A DNA stretch of 64,000 nt from Alphaproteobacteria bacterium (GCA_965262615.1 OZ253545.1:352001-416000), one strand, 5' to 3'; shown: positions 40,565 to 49,385, counted from the stretch's first letter. The notes: generated by a model not told the origin, from the letters alone. Made by a program: numbers and translations.

Positions 40565-41380
40565 ATGATGATGTGGATGCGTGTGATTGTTTATGGAACG
40601 GCGTTATCTTTCCTGTTGGCGAGTGATGGCTCGGCGCGTCAAAACAGCGATCTGGAAATAGCGCAGCTGTGCGGCATTGCTCACGAAATCATACCATTGT
40701 TGTCTTTGAGACATTGCAAGAAAATCGTAAAAACCGAGAGGGGAAGGAATTGTGACAGTGATTATTTAGGTTGCTATGAAGTATCGTTGCGTCATGCTGA
40801 AAGTGATTCTTTTGTCACTTCGAATAACAATGAGAAGAATGTTTATTATGAGTTACGGATAGAGGAAGAGAATTGTTACGGCGGTTACGGTACTTATTTA
40901 GGCTGTTATGAAGTATCATTGCGTCATGCTGAAAGTGATTCTTTTGTCACTTCGAATAACAATGAGAAGAATGTTTATGATGAGTTACGGATAGCGGATG
41001 CTCATTGTCGTGGCACTTATTTAGGCTGTTATGAAGTGTCATTGCGTCATGCTGAGAGTGATTCTTTTGTCACTTTGAATCGCAATGATAAGAATATTTA
41101 TTATGAGTTACGGATAGCGGATGCGGGTTGTCGTGGTGCTTATTTGGGTTGTTATGAAGTATCATTGCGTCATGCTGAGAGTGATTCTTTTGTCACTTTG
41201 AATCGCAATGATAAGAATATTTATTATGAGTTACGGATAGCGGATGCGCGTTGTCGCGGTGCTTATTTGGGCTGTTATGAAGTATCATTGCGTCATGCTG
41301 AGAGTGATTCTTTTGTCACTTTGAATCGCAATGATAAGAATATTTATTATGAATTTCGGGTCTCCCCATCGGGCGGGTAA
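40565..41380 (+). CDS. Secreted 41-aa Cys-repeat protein, paralog 1 (5 repeats)
   Basis: Signal peptide MMMWMRVIVYGTALSFLLASDGSA; unit CYEVSLRHAESDSFVTLNRNDKNIYYELRIADAGCRGAYLG. Confidence 0.85.
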   Translation: MMMWMRVIVYGTALSFLLASDGSARQNSDLEIAQLCGIAHEIIPLLSLRHCKKIVKTERGRNCDSDYLGCYEVSLRHAESDSFVTSNNNEKNVYYELRIEEENCYGGYGTYLGCYEVSLRHAESDSFVTSNNNEKNVYDELRIADAHCRGTYLGCYEVSLRHAESDSFVTLNRNDKNIYYELRIADAGCRGAYLGCYEVSLRHAESDSFVTLNRNDKNIYYELRIADARCRGAYLGCYEVSLRHAESDSFVTLNRNDKNIYYEFRVSPSGG

Positions 41381-41382
41381 CT

Positions 41383-42189
41383 ATGATGATGTGGATGCGT
41401 GGAATTGTTTATGGAACGGCATTATCTTTCCTGTTGGTGAGTGATGGCTCGGCGCGCCAAAAAAGCGATCAAGCAACGGTGCAGCTGTGCCAGATTATTC
41501 ACGACATCATGCCGTTGTTGTCTGTGAGACATTGCAAGAAAATCTTACAAACCGAGAGAGGGAGGCTTTGTGACAGTGATTATTTAGGCTGCTATGATGT
41601 ATCGCTGCTTTATTCTGAAGACAGTGTTTTTTATGGATTGGGTCGCGATGCTCGGGATATTTATTACCAACTTCGGATAGAAGATGGTCGTTGTTTCGGT
41701 GATTATTTAGGCTGTTATGAAGTGTCGTTGCTTTATTCTGAGGACAGTGTTTTTTATGGATTGGGTCGCGATGCTCGGGATATTTACTATCAACTTCGGA
41801 TAGAAGACGGTCGCTGTTTCGGTGATTATTTAGGCTGTTATGAAGTGTCGTTGCTTTATTCTGAGGACAGTGTTTTTTATGGATTGGGTCGCGATGCTCG
41901 GGATATTTACTATCAACTTCGGATAGAAGATGGTCGCTGTTTCGGTGATTATTTAGGCTGTTATGAAGTGTCATTGCTTTATTCTGAGGACAGTGTTTTT
42001 TATGGATTGGGTCGCGATGCTCGGGATATTTACTATCAACTTCGGATAGAGGACGGTCGCTGTTTCGGTGCTTATTTAGGCTGTTATGAAGTGTCGTTGC
42101 TTTATTCTGAGGACAGTGTTTTTTATGGATTGGGTCGCGATGCTCGGGATATTTACTATCAATTTCGGGTCTCCCCATCAGGCGGGTAA
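41383..42189 (+). CDS. Secreted 41-aa Cys-repeat protein, paralog 2 (5 repeats)
   Basis: Unit CYEVSLLYSEDSVFYGLGRDARDIYYQLRIEDGRCFGDYLG, 123-nt period. Confidence 0.85.
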   Translation: MMMWMRGIVYGTALSFLLVSDGSARQKSDQATVQLCQIIHDIMPLLSVRHCKKILQTERGRLCDSDYLGCYDVSLLYSEDSVFYGLGRDARDIYYQLRIEDGRCFGDYLGCYEVSLLYSEDSVFYGLGRDARDIYYQLRIEDGRCFGDYLGCYEVSLLYSEDSVFYGLGRDARDIYYQLRIEDGRCFGDYLGCYEVSLLYSEDSVFYGLGRDARDIYYQLRIEDGRCFGAYLGCYEVSLLYSEDSVFYGLGRDARDIYYQFRVSPSGG

Positions 42190-42191
42190 CT

Positions 42192-42998
42192 ATGATGATG
42201 TGGATGCGTGGAATTGTTTATGGAACGGCGTTATCTTTCCTGTTGGTGAGTGATGGCTTGGCGCGTCAAAACAGCGATCTGGAAATAGCGCAGCTGTGCG
42301 GCATTGCTCACGAAATCATGCCGTTGTTGTCTTTGAGACATTGCAAGAAAATCGTAAAAACCGAGAGGGGAAGGAATTGTGACAGTGATTATTTAGGTTG
42401 CTATGAAGTGTCATTGCTTCATGCTGATAGTCTTGTTTTTTCCACTTCTAAAAGGAGCGAGAAGAATCTTTATTATGAGTTACGGATAGCGGATGCGGGT
42501 TGTCGTGGTGCTTATTTAGGTTGTTATGAGGTTTCGTTGCTTCATGCTGATAATCTTGTTTTTTCCACTTCTAAAAGGAGCGAGAAGAATCTTTATTATG
42601 AGTTACGGATAGCGGATGCGGGTTGTCGTGGTGCTTATTTAGGTTGTTATGAGGTTTCGTTGCTTCATGCTGATAATCTTGTTTTTTCCACTTCTAAAAG
42701 GAGCGAGAAGAATCTTTATTATGAGTTACGGATAGCGGGTGTGGGTTGTCGTGGTGATTATTTGGGTTGTTATGAGGTTTCGTTGCTTCATGCTGATAAT
42801 CTTGTTTTTTCCACCTCTAAAAGGAGCGAGAAGAATCTTTATTATGAGTTACGGATAGCGGATACGCGTTGTGATGATGATTATTTAGGCTGTTATGAGG
42901 TTTCGTTGCTTCATGCTGATAATCTTGTTTTTTCCACTTCTAAAAGGAACGAGAAGAATCTTTATTATGAGTTGCGTGTCTCCTCATCAGGCTGGTAA
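42192..42998 (+). CDS. Secreted 41-aa Cys-repeat protein, paralog 3 (5 repeats)
   Basis: Unit CYEVSLLHADNLVFSTSKRSEKNLYYELRIADAGCRGAYLG. Confidence 0.85.
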   Translation: MMMWMRGIVYGTALSFLLVSDGLARQNSDLEIAQLCGIAHEIMPLLSLRHCKKIVKTERGRNCDSDYLGCYEVSLLHADSLVFSTSKRSEKNLYYELRIADAGCRGAYLGCYEVSLLHADNLVFSTSKRSEKNLYYELRIADAGCRGAYLGCYEVSLLHADNLVFSTSKRSEKNLYYELRIAGVGCRGDYLGCYEVSLLHADNLVFSTSKRSEKNLYYELRIADTRCDDDYLGCYEVSLLHADNLVFSTSKRNEKNLYYELRVSSSGW

Positions 42999-43000
42999 CT

Positions 43001-43804
43001 ATGATGATGTGGCTGCGTGGAATTGTTTATGGAACGGCGTTATCTTTCCTGTTGGTGAGTGATGGCTTGGCGCGCCAAAACAGCGATCAAGCAACGGTGC
43101 AGCTGTGCCAGATTATTCACGGCATCATGCCATTGTTGTCTGTGGACAATTGCAAGAAAATCTTAAAAACCAAGAAAGGAAGTTGTCGTGGTGATTATTT
43201 AGGCTGTTATGAAGTATCATTGCTTCATGCTGATAGTGGTGTCTTTTACACTTTGAATCGCAACGAGCGGAATCTTTATTATGAGTTGCGGATAGCGGAT
43301 GCGGGTTGTCGTGGTGATTATTTAGGCTGTTATGAAGTGTCGTTGCTTCATGCTGATAGTGGTGTCTTTTACACTTTGAATCGCAATGAGCGGAATCTTT
43401 ATTATGAGTTACGGATAGCGGATGCGGGTTGTCGTGGTGATTATTTAGGCTGTTATGAAGTGTCGTTGCTTCATGCTGACAGTGGTGTCTTTTACACTTT
43501 GAATCGCAACGAGCGGAATATTTATTATGAGTTACGGATAGCGGATGCGGGTTGTCGTGGTGATTATTTAGGCTGTTATGAAGTATCATTGCTTCATGCT
43601 GACAGTGGTGTCTTTTACACTTTGAATCGCAACGAACGGAATATTTATTATGAGTTACGGATAGCGGATGCGGGTTGTCGTGGTGCTTATTTAGGCTGTT
43701 ATGAAGTATCATTGCTTCATGCTGATAGTGGTGTCTTTTACACTTTGAATCGCAATGAGCAGAATATTTATTATGAGTTACGGGTCTCCCCATCAGGCTG
43801 GTAA
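43001..43804 (+). CDS. Secreted 41-aa Cys-repeat protein, paralog 4 (5 repeats)
   Basis: Unit CYEVSLLHADSGVFYTLNRNERNIYYELRIADAGCRGDYLG. Confidence 0.85.
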   Translation: MMMWLRGIVYGTALSFLLVSDGLARQNSDQATVQLCQIIHGIMPLLSVDNCKKILKTKKGSCRGDYLGCYEVSLLHADSGVFYTLNRNERNLYYELRIADAGCRGDYLGCYEVSLLHADSGVFYTLNRNERNLYYELRIADAGCRGDYLGCYEVSLLHADSGVFYTLNRNERNIYYELRIADAGCRGDYLGCYEVSLLHADSGVFYTLNRNERNIYYELRIADAGCRGAYLGCYEVSLLHADSGVFYTLNRNEQNIYYELRVSPSGW

Positions 43805-43806
43805 CT

Positions 43807-44733
43807 ATGATGATGTGGATGCGTGTGATTGTTTATGGAACGGCGTTATCTTTCCTGCTGGTGAGTGATGTCTCGGCGCGCTCTCAAGAGACAGTGCTGT
43901 GCCACATTGTTCACAGCGTCATGCCATTGTTGTCTGTGGACAATTGCAAGAAAACCTTACAAACCAAAAGAGGAAGACGTTGTTCCAGTGACCGTTATTT
44001 AGGCTTTTATGATGTATCGTTGCTTTATTCTGCGGATGATATTTTTCGTGGATTGGGTGACGATCATCGGGATATTTACTATCAACTTCGGATAGAAGAT
44101 GATGGCTGTGCCAGTGACCGTTATTTAGGTTTTTATGATGTATCGTTGCTTTATTCTGCGGATGATATTTTTCGTGGATTGGGTGACGATCATCGAGATA
44201 TTTATTACCAACTTCGGATAAAAGATGGTGGTTGTTCCAGTGACCGTTATTTAAGCTGTTATGATGTATCGTTGCTTTATTCTGCGGATGATATTTTTCG
44301 TGGATTGGGTGACGATGCTCGGGATATTTACTATCAACTTCGGATAGAAGACGGTCGCTGTTCCAGTGCTTATTTAGGCTGTTATGATGTATCGTTGCTT
44401 TATTCTGCGGATGATATTTTTCGTGGATTGGGTGACGATGCTCGGGATATTTACTATCAACTTCGGATAGAAGATGGTCGCTGTTCCAGTGCTTATTTAG
44501 GCTGTTATGATGTGTCGTTGCTTTATTCTGCGGATGATATTTTTCGTGGATTGGGTGACGATGCTCGGGATATTTACTATCAACTTCGGATAGAAGATGG
44601 TCGCTGTTCCAGTGCTTATTTAGGCTGTTATGATGTGTCGTTGCTTTATTCTGCGGATGATATTTTTCGTGGATTGGGTGACGATGCTCGGGATATTTAC
44701 TATCAATTCCGTGTCTCCTCATCAGGCTGGTAA
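43807..44733 (+). CDS. Secreted 41-aa Cys-repeat protein, paralog 5 (6 repeats)
   Basis: Unit CYDVSLLYSADDIFRGLGDDARDIYYQLRIEDGRCSSAYLG; the first two units have F in place of C. Confidence 0.85.
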   Translation: MMMWMRVIVYGTALSFLLVSDVSARSQETVLCHIVHSVMPLLSVDNCKKTLQTKRGRRCSSDRYLGFYDVSLLYSADDIFRGLGDDHRDIYYQLRIEDDGCASDRYLGFYDVSLLYSADDIFRGLGDDHRDIYYQLRIKDGGCSSDRYLSCYDVSLLYSADDIFRGLGDDARDIYYQLRIEDGRCSSAYLGCYDVSLLYSADDIFRGLGDDARDIYYQLRIEDGRCSSAYLGCYDVSLLYSADDIFRGLGDDARDIYYQLRIEDGRCSSAYLGCYDVSLLYSADDIFRGLGDDARDIYYQFRVSSSGW

Positions 44734-44735
44734 CT

Positions 44736-45539
44736 ATGATGATGTGGATGCGTGGAATTGTTTATGGAACGGCGTTATCTTTCCTGTTGGTGAGTGATGG
44801 CTCGGCGCGATTCGATGGTCGTCAAGAGACGGTGCTGTGCAAGATTGTTCACGAAATCATGCCGTTGCTGCCTGTGACCAATTGTAAGAAAATCTTACAA
44901 TCTAAAAGGGGAAGTGAATGTTCCAGTGCTTATTTAGGCTGTTATGAAGTGTCGTTGCTTTTTGCTGATAGCCGTTCCTTTTATACTTGGGATAGCAAGG
45001 AAGGGAATATTTATTATGAGTTACGGATAGCCGATTCGGATTGTGTTGGTGCTTATTTAGGTTGTTATGAGGTGTCACTGCTTTTTGCTGATAGCCGTTC
45101 CTTTTATACTTGGGATAGCAAGGAAGGGAATATTTATTATGAGTTACGGATAGCCGATTCGGATTGTGTTGGTGCTTATTTAGGCTGTTATGAGGTGTCG
45201 TTGCTTTTTGCTGATAGCCGTTCCTTTTATACTTGGGATAGCAAGAAAGGGAATATTTATTATGAGTTACGGGTAGCTGATTCGGATTGTGTTGGTGCTT
45301 ATTTGGGTTGTTATGAGGTGTCACTGCTTTTTGCTGATAGCCGTTCCTTTTATACTTGGGATAGCAAGGAAGGGAATATTTATTATGAGTTACGGATAGC
45401 CGATTCGGACTGTAGTGGTGCTTATTTAGGTTGCTATGAGGTTTCATTGCTTCCTGCGAAGAGTCGTTCTTTTTATACTTGGGATAGCAATGAGGGGAAT
45501 ATTTATTATGAGTTTCGGGTCAACCCATCGGGCGGGTAA
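44736..45539 (+). CDS. Secreted 41-aa Cys-repeat protein, paralog 6 (5 repeats)
   Basis: Unit CYEVSLLFADSRSFYTWDSKEGNIYYELRIADSDCVGAYLG. Confidence 0.85.
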   Translation: MMMWMRGIVYGTALSFLLVSDGSARFDGRQETVLCKIVHEIMPLLPVTNCKKILQSKRGSECSSAYLGCYEVSLLFADSRSFYTWDSKEGNIYYELRIADSDCVGAYLGCYEVSLLFADSRSFYTWDSKEGNIYYELRIADSDCVGAYLGCYEVSLLFADSRSFYTWDSKKGNIYYELRVADSDCVGAYLGCYEVSLLFADSRSFYTWDSKEGNIYYELRIADSDCSGAYLGCYEVSLLPAKSRSFYTWDSNEGNIYYEFRVNPSGG

Positions 45540-45544
45540 TTATT

Positions 45545-45865
45545 TTATTTTTGTTGTTTGAGACACTCGCGCTCCAGAATTTGAATTTTGTGAAAATCCC
45601 GTGGCGAGATATGCAGATGTGCGAGGCGTGCGGCAATGGACAGGGCGTTGTAATCCAGCCCAATCCACTGTCCTGAGGGAGCGATGCGCCACTGGGTGAT
45701 GACCAGCAAAAAAAGCCGCAACGCGCGCTCATTGGATGGCAACAGTGTGAATTCGTGCGGTGCGTGGGCATCAATCACCTCTTGCGGTGCGCCCAGAGCC
45801 TTGAGGTCATTGTGGCGGGCAGTGCCGTCCGTCAGGAGGTGACGGACGGCACCGATGAGTTTTTT
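45545..45865 (-). CDS. Tail assembly chaperone -1 frameshift extension (DUF1799-like, lambda gpGT analogue)
   Basis: TQWRIAPSG..IGLDY and IQILERECL motifs; frame is open back to the slippery site. Confidence 0.8.
   Translation of the reverse strand, partial: KKLIGAVRHLLTDGTARHNDLKALGAPQEVIDAHAPHEFTLLPSNERALRLFLLVITQWRIAPSGQWIGLDYNALSIAARLAHLHISPRDFHKIQILERECLKQQK
45822..45865 (-). promoter_or_regulatory. Programmed -1 ribosomal frameshift signal
   Basis: A_AAA_AAC heptamer, 6-nt spacer, perfect 13-bp stem GTGCCGTCCGTCA-CCTCC-TGACGGACGGCAC. Confidence 0.85.
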
Positions 45866-46191
45866 TCAGACGCTGCTCCCGACAAGGATTCAATATAAGC
45901 TTTGAGCAATGCCGCGCGAATGTAGGGGATGTCAATCATGCGCTTTTTCCAATGGTCATCAAAGGGCAGTGGCTGGTCGTGTTCATCCACTATGTCACGC
46001 CAGCCCACAAGAACCTTGTGAAGCAAGCGCACATCGCCATTGTCGCCATCATCCACCAGCTGACGCAAAGACTGCTGTCCCATCTCCACAAAGCAGGCGG
46101 TGAATTGTTGCTGCTGGATGCCGTTTTCTGAAGGCACGCTCACCACAATGGGGCACGCAAAGCGGCGGTCAATGATGATTTTAAAGCTCAT
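45832..46191 (-). CDS. Tail assembly chaperone (gpG analogue)
   Basis: VLVGWRDIVDE...LPF motif; EKN near the C-terminus; follows the tail tube gene. Confidence 0.8.
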   Translation of the reverse strand: MSFKIIIDRRFACPIVVSVPSENGIQQQQFTACFVEMGQQSLRQLVDDGDNGDVRLLHKVLVGWRDIVDEHDQPLPFDDHWKKRMIDIPYIRAALLKAYIESLSGAASEKNSSVPSVTS

Positions 46192-46200
46192 GATGCGTGC

Positions 46201-47124
46201 CTATTGGGTGGTGATGGTGAGTTCATCATTGCCCTCATGGGGCAGCAGATGCATGTCAAATTTGAGGGTGCGAATGCCGTCTCGGTCACCGTAGCTGGGC
46301 TGTGTCAATTGAACTTTGGGCGCGCTCCATCCCACAACAGAGCCGCTTTTTGTGCCCAAAGTGAGCGAAAAAATGCCTGTGGCGGCGTTTTCCATCTTGT
46401 CAAAAAAGTTGAACGACGAGACGGACGGGTCTTTAATCTCAATGCTTCCTGTGGCGTGACGCTCCGTGATCTCCACCGATTCAGAATTCATGTAAGAGAT
46501 GAATGGCGCAGAGACTCCCATATCCAATGAGAGCGAGGCGGTGGTGACATTGCGTCCAAACAGCACCATGCTGGCGACCTCATTTTTTGACAGTGTGAGA
46601 GGCGTTTTGAAGGCACTGTAATTGGCATTGGGCAAGGATGCAGCCTCTGGAGTCTGGTAGAGTCCCCTGAAGGTGAAAGAAAGAGACGGGTAGTCGTTGG
46701 CGTTCAAAGAGGCATTGAAGGTGCCGCGCGCACCCGTGACCTTATGCAATGTGCCATCCTGATACACATAAAAAGTGAGGGAGGAAAAATGATCGGAGAT
46801 GGGCTTGTAGAAAACGGCGTTGCTGGTGCTGTTTTGCTTAAATCCGCATCCCTTGAGCAACAAAGCCCATGCGGGGGCGACATTTTTTGTTCCCGAACCG
46901 GCGGCGGTGACGGAGAACGATAATTGCACATGGCGATTGGACAGGGCGGCAAAATTGCCACCAAGCCACTGTTTGACGGCGGGCAGCTCTTTGCGTTCAG
47001 CATTGAGAGGCGATATGTCAAGATCGCTGACCTCAATGGCATTGGTGCTGGCGGACGGTGTGGCATCTCGAGCGTAAGAGCTCTCAAGGGCGGCGAGGAT
47101 GACTCGTTTTTTGGTCAGAGGCAT
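46201..47124 (-). CDS. Phage tail tube (major tail) protein
   Basis: ILAALESSY..D, LLKGCG, HKVTGARGTF, Y.DRDGI and GNDEL motifs; no sheath gene present. Confidence 0.8.
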   Translation of the reverse strand: MPLTKKRVILAALESSYARDATPSASTNAIEVSDLDISPLNAERKELPAVKQWLGGNFAALSNRHVQLSFSVTAAGSGTKNVAPAWALLLKGCGFKQNSTSNAVFYKPISDHFSSLTFYVYQDGTLHKVTGARGTFNASLNANDYPSLSFTFRGLYQTPEAASLPNANYSAFKTPLTLSKNEVASMVLFGRNVTTASLSLDMGVSAPFISYMNSESVEITERHATGSIEIKDPSVSSFNFFDKMENAATGIFSLTLGTKSGSVVGWSAPKVQLTQPSYGDRDGIRTLKFDMHLLPHEGNDELTITTQ

Positions 47125-47133
47125 GGGATTCTC

Positions 47134-47571
47134 CTAAGGTTGGATGGTTTTTTGAGTGACGAATTGATCCTCCCACCACAGAACACCTTTGCCGAATTGA
47201 ACGAGGCGTCCTTTGATAAAATCGGGGGCACTGTGGGTGTCGTCTTGCTGTTTTTTGATGAGAGGAATCAGAGCCGTGCGCGCTTTGAGCACATGAGTCA
47301 GTTGTCCCAAAGAGCCGGTGTGGCGCGGTTGTTGATGAGACGCTTGATAGCACTGCAGAATGGAAAAGCGCACAGCGATTGTTTGTGAGCCATCGGAAAA
47401 ACGGCTGCTTTTGGCATTTTCCTCAAGGGGCACCACATATGCTGCGGGCAGCTGATGGGATGGCGGGGCATCTTTTTTGTTGGCAATCATCATCACCGAG
47501 CCACTGCTGGCAAAGAGGTCGTCAGCGGTCAGTTGGGTGATGATGGATTGAAAGAAACGGCGGCTGTCCAT
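47134..47571 (-). CDS. Putative tail terminator
   Basis: LPAAYVVPL.E and G.L....GVLWW.DQF motifs; between adaptor and tube. Confidence 0.65.
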   Translation of the reverse strand: MDSRRFFQSIITQLTADDLFASSGSVMMIANKKDAPPSHQLPAAYVVPLEENAKSSRFSDGSQTIAVRFSILQCYQASHQQPRHTGSLGQLTHVLKARTALIPLIKKQQDDTHSAPDFIKGRLVQFGKGVLWWEDQFVTQKTIQP

Positions 47572-47575
47572 GATG

Positions 47576-47980
47576 CTAAAAGGAAGACAGCCGTGAGCCG
47601 CTCAATTGACGAGGATGAGCCTGCCATTTCACTTCATTGGTGTCTGTGGGTGGTTGGTTGAGATCGTAAGTGCCGTGGGCGATGTCTTCCAGCATTTGTT
47701 TGGCATCTTGATAGCGTTTGCGCACTTCGTCACTGGGGTCGGTGGTGTGAAGGCGAAAGCGCGCAATATCGCATGCCAAAATGGTGAGCAGAGGGAATGT
47801 CTCGGAGAGCGGCAGCTGATAGCGTTTGAGCAAGTAAATATTGATCTCGGCATCGGCATCCTCTAAGGCGCGCGTGACGATGCTTGAATTGATGGTGGTC
47901 TGATTGACACGGTCGGTGAGGGCAATGAGTTCATCTTGCCCAAATTTTTTCTTGAGGTCGTCCAAAGAGGCGTATGACAT
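47576..47980 (-). CDS. Mu gp36-like (DUF1320) head-tail adaptor
   Basis: MSYASLDDL, AL.DA.AEI..YL..RY.LPL, CDIARF.L and RYQDA...L..IA.G motifs. Confidence 0.85.
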   Translation of the reverse strand: MSYASLDDLKKKFGQDELIALTDRVNQTTINSSIVTRALEDADAEINIYLLKRYQLPLSETFPLLTILACDIARFRLHTTDPSDEVRKRYQDAKQMLEDIAHGTYDLNQPPTDTNEVKWQAHPRQLSGSRLSSF

Positions 47981-48038
47981 GGAAAAATCCTTGTTGGTGT
48001 GTGCCTCAGCCGTTGTGTGCGGCTGAGGCACGAGGCGG

Positions 48039-48938
48039 TTATGCGAGGCGCGGCTCTATATGAACATCCACCACATTGTGATTGACATTGGATGAGCCAT
48101 TGCTGAGTCGTTCGGCTTTGACGACCGCATAGGCGGCGGCACGCAAGGCGGGCGGAACGATGAGCAAGTTGGGCATGATATTCAAAGGACGCTCGTTGTC
48201 ACCTTTGAGGCTCATCATGGCACTCATGGCTTGATTGAAATTGTCGCTGGTGAGAGCAGCTTTTGAGCCATATGCCAGTTGCCACAATCCGTATCCTGCG
48301 GCGGCGCGTGCATCCACGCCGTAGATGTACTCTTTGCGGTAGAAGACATTATCATCGCCGTCATCATCTTTGCGCATGAGCGTGGGGGCTTTGCGAGTTT
48401 GATAGATGAGGGGTTTGATGGCGCGATGGCGATCCACGAGGAACCAAGGCGTTTTGTCACCGGTTTGCATGTTGGAGGCGGTTTTCTTTTTGCCATTGGC
48501 ATCGGTGACGGGATGACTGGTGTCAAAGAAAGGACGCCCGTCATAGCCTGTTTTGGTGAAGCCGTCATTGAGCAGGGGCCAGACGAGATCATCGGGCAGT
48601 TGAGCGGCGGCATCTCCCATGTTGGCGAACAGCAGTTTGTATGCGCCCAGTTGTTCGTCTTCAATGTCGTTGCGAGCAACGGCGAGGGTGAGTTCCCAGT
48701 CTTCGTTTTCAATGGAAAAGCCGTGTTGCGAGACTCCTCGCACCACGCGATCGCCCACCCAAGGACGCAAAGCGGGCAGATCGCCCAGCCAAGGATAGGT
48801 GTTACGCGTGGTATTAGAGGGGGCATCCATAGCCACATGGGAGTAGCTCGCCCGATGACCCTCAAAGGCTTCGGCGAAAGATTCATTGAAGCCCACATAA
48901 GCGGACTCAAGAATGTCGGGGGTGATGGTGATTGCCAT
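48039..48938 (-). CDS. Mu gpT-like major head subunit
   Basis: YPWLG.LP.LR.WVGDR, YDG.PFFDT.HP, KPLIYQ.R and YGVDAR.AAGYGLWQLAYGS motifs. Confidence 0.92.
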   Translation of the reverse strand: MAITITPDILESAYVGFNESFAEAFEGHRASYSHVAMDAPSNTTRNTYPWLGDLPALRPWVGDRVVRGVSQHGFSIENEDWELTLAVARNDIEDEQLGAYKLLFANMGDAAAQLPDDLVWPLLNDGFTKTGYDGRPFFDTSHPVTDANGKKKTASNMQTGDKTPWFLVDRHRAIKPLIYQTRKAPTLMRKDDDGDDNVFYRKEYIYGVDARAAAGYGLWQLAYGSKAALTSDNFNQAMSAMMSLKGDNERPLNIMPNLLIVPPALRAAAYAVVKAERLSNGSSNVNHNVVDVHIEPRLA

Positions 48939-48965
48939 AGTGATTAGTCTCCTTACGGTATGTGG

Positions 48966-49385
48966 TTAGTTGATGATGACCCAGACACTTTTGTTATCAT
49001 TGTCCAGAGCAAGCACTGTGCCTGCTGATTTGCGGGCATTGCTGTTGCTGTTGGTGCTGACGGTTTGGTCATCCATGGCATAGACGGTTGTGCCGATGTG
49101 TGACGGGGTGACCTTGTGGCTGTTGCTTGTGTCATTGTCAAACAGAAAGACACCTCGCTCCAAAGTGACAGTGGCATTGCCTGCGGTGGTTTGAGCATCA
49201 ATACCTGTTTGGGCGATGCCCATGATGGGGCTGTTGGCAGAAGCGTGTCCTGCCGGCACGGCATAGCCATGGCGATCAAGGGCGACCATAGCGCCGGCAT
49301 AGAGGGTGACCGATGCCGCAACAGAATAGGCAACGCTTGTGCCATCACGGCGAGCGGTCGGTTTGTCTTGGGTGAGCGCAGTCAT
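48966..49385 (-). CDS. Putative capsid cement/decoration protein
   Basis: MTALTQD..T.RRDG, LYAGAMV, YAMDDQTV, ends VWV; between protease and capsid. Confidence 0.7.
   Translation of the reverse strand: MTALTQDKPTARRDGTSVAYSVAASVTLYAGAMVALDRHGYAVPAGHASANSPIMGIAQTGIDAQTTAGNATVTLERGVFLFDNDTSNSHKVTPSHIGTTVYAMDDQTVSTNSNSNARKSAGTVLALDNDNKSVWVIIN

Larger units (their letters stand above)
40565..45539 (+). repeat. Nested tandem repeat: six ~0.8-0.9 kb gene units containing 31 ~123-bp subunits
   Basis: All five junctions read GGTAACTATGATGATGTGG; framework TATTTAGGCTGTTATGA recurs about every 123 nt. Confidence 0.95.

Noticed and set aside
41507-45447. Long His/Asn/Lys-rich antisense ORFs (41507-42178, 43125-43793, 43919-44722, 44902-45447) co-oriented with the phage operon
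   Set aside because: One stop-free repeat unit makes the whole shadow frame open. They are absent for paralogs 1 and 3, and the plus strand carries the signal peptides and synonymous-type variation.
40740-45520. CRISPR array or diversity-generating retroelement interpretation of the 123-bp periodicity
   Set aside because: The units are in-frame coding sequence, the 'spacers' repeat within each gene, no cas or reverse transcriptase gene is present, and variation is not adenine-specific.
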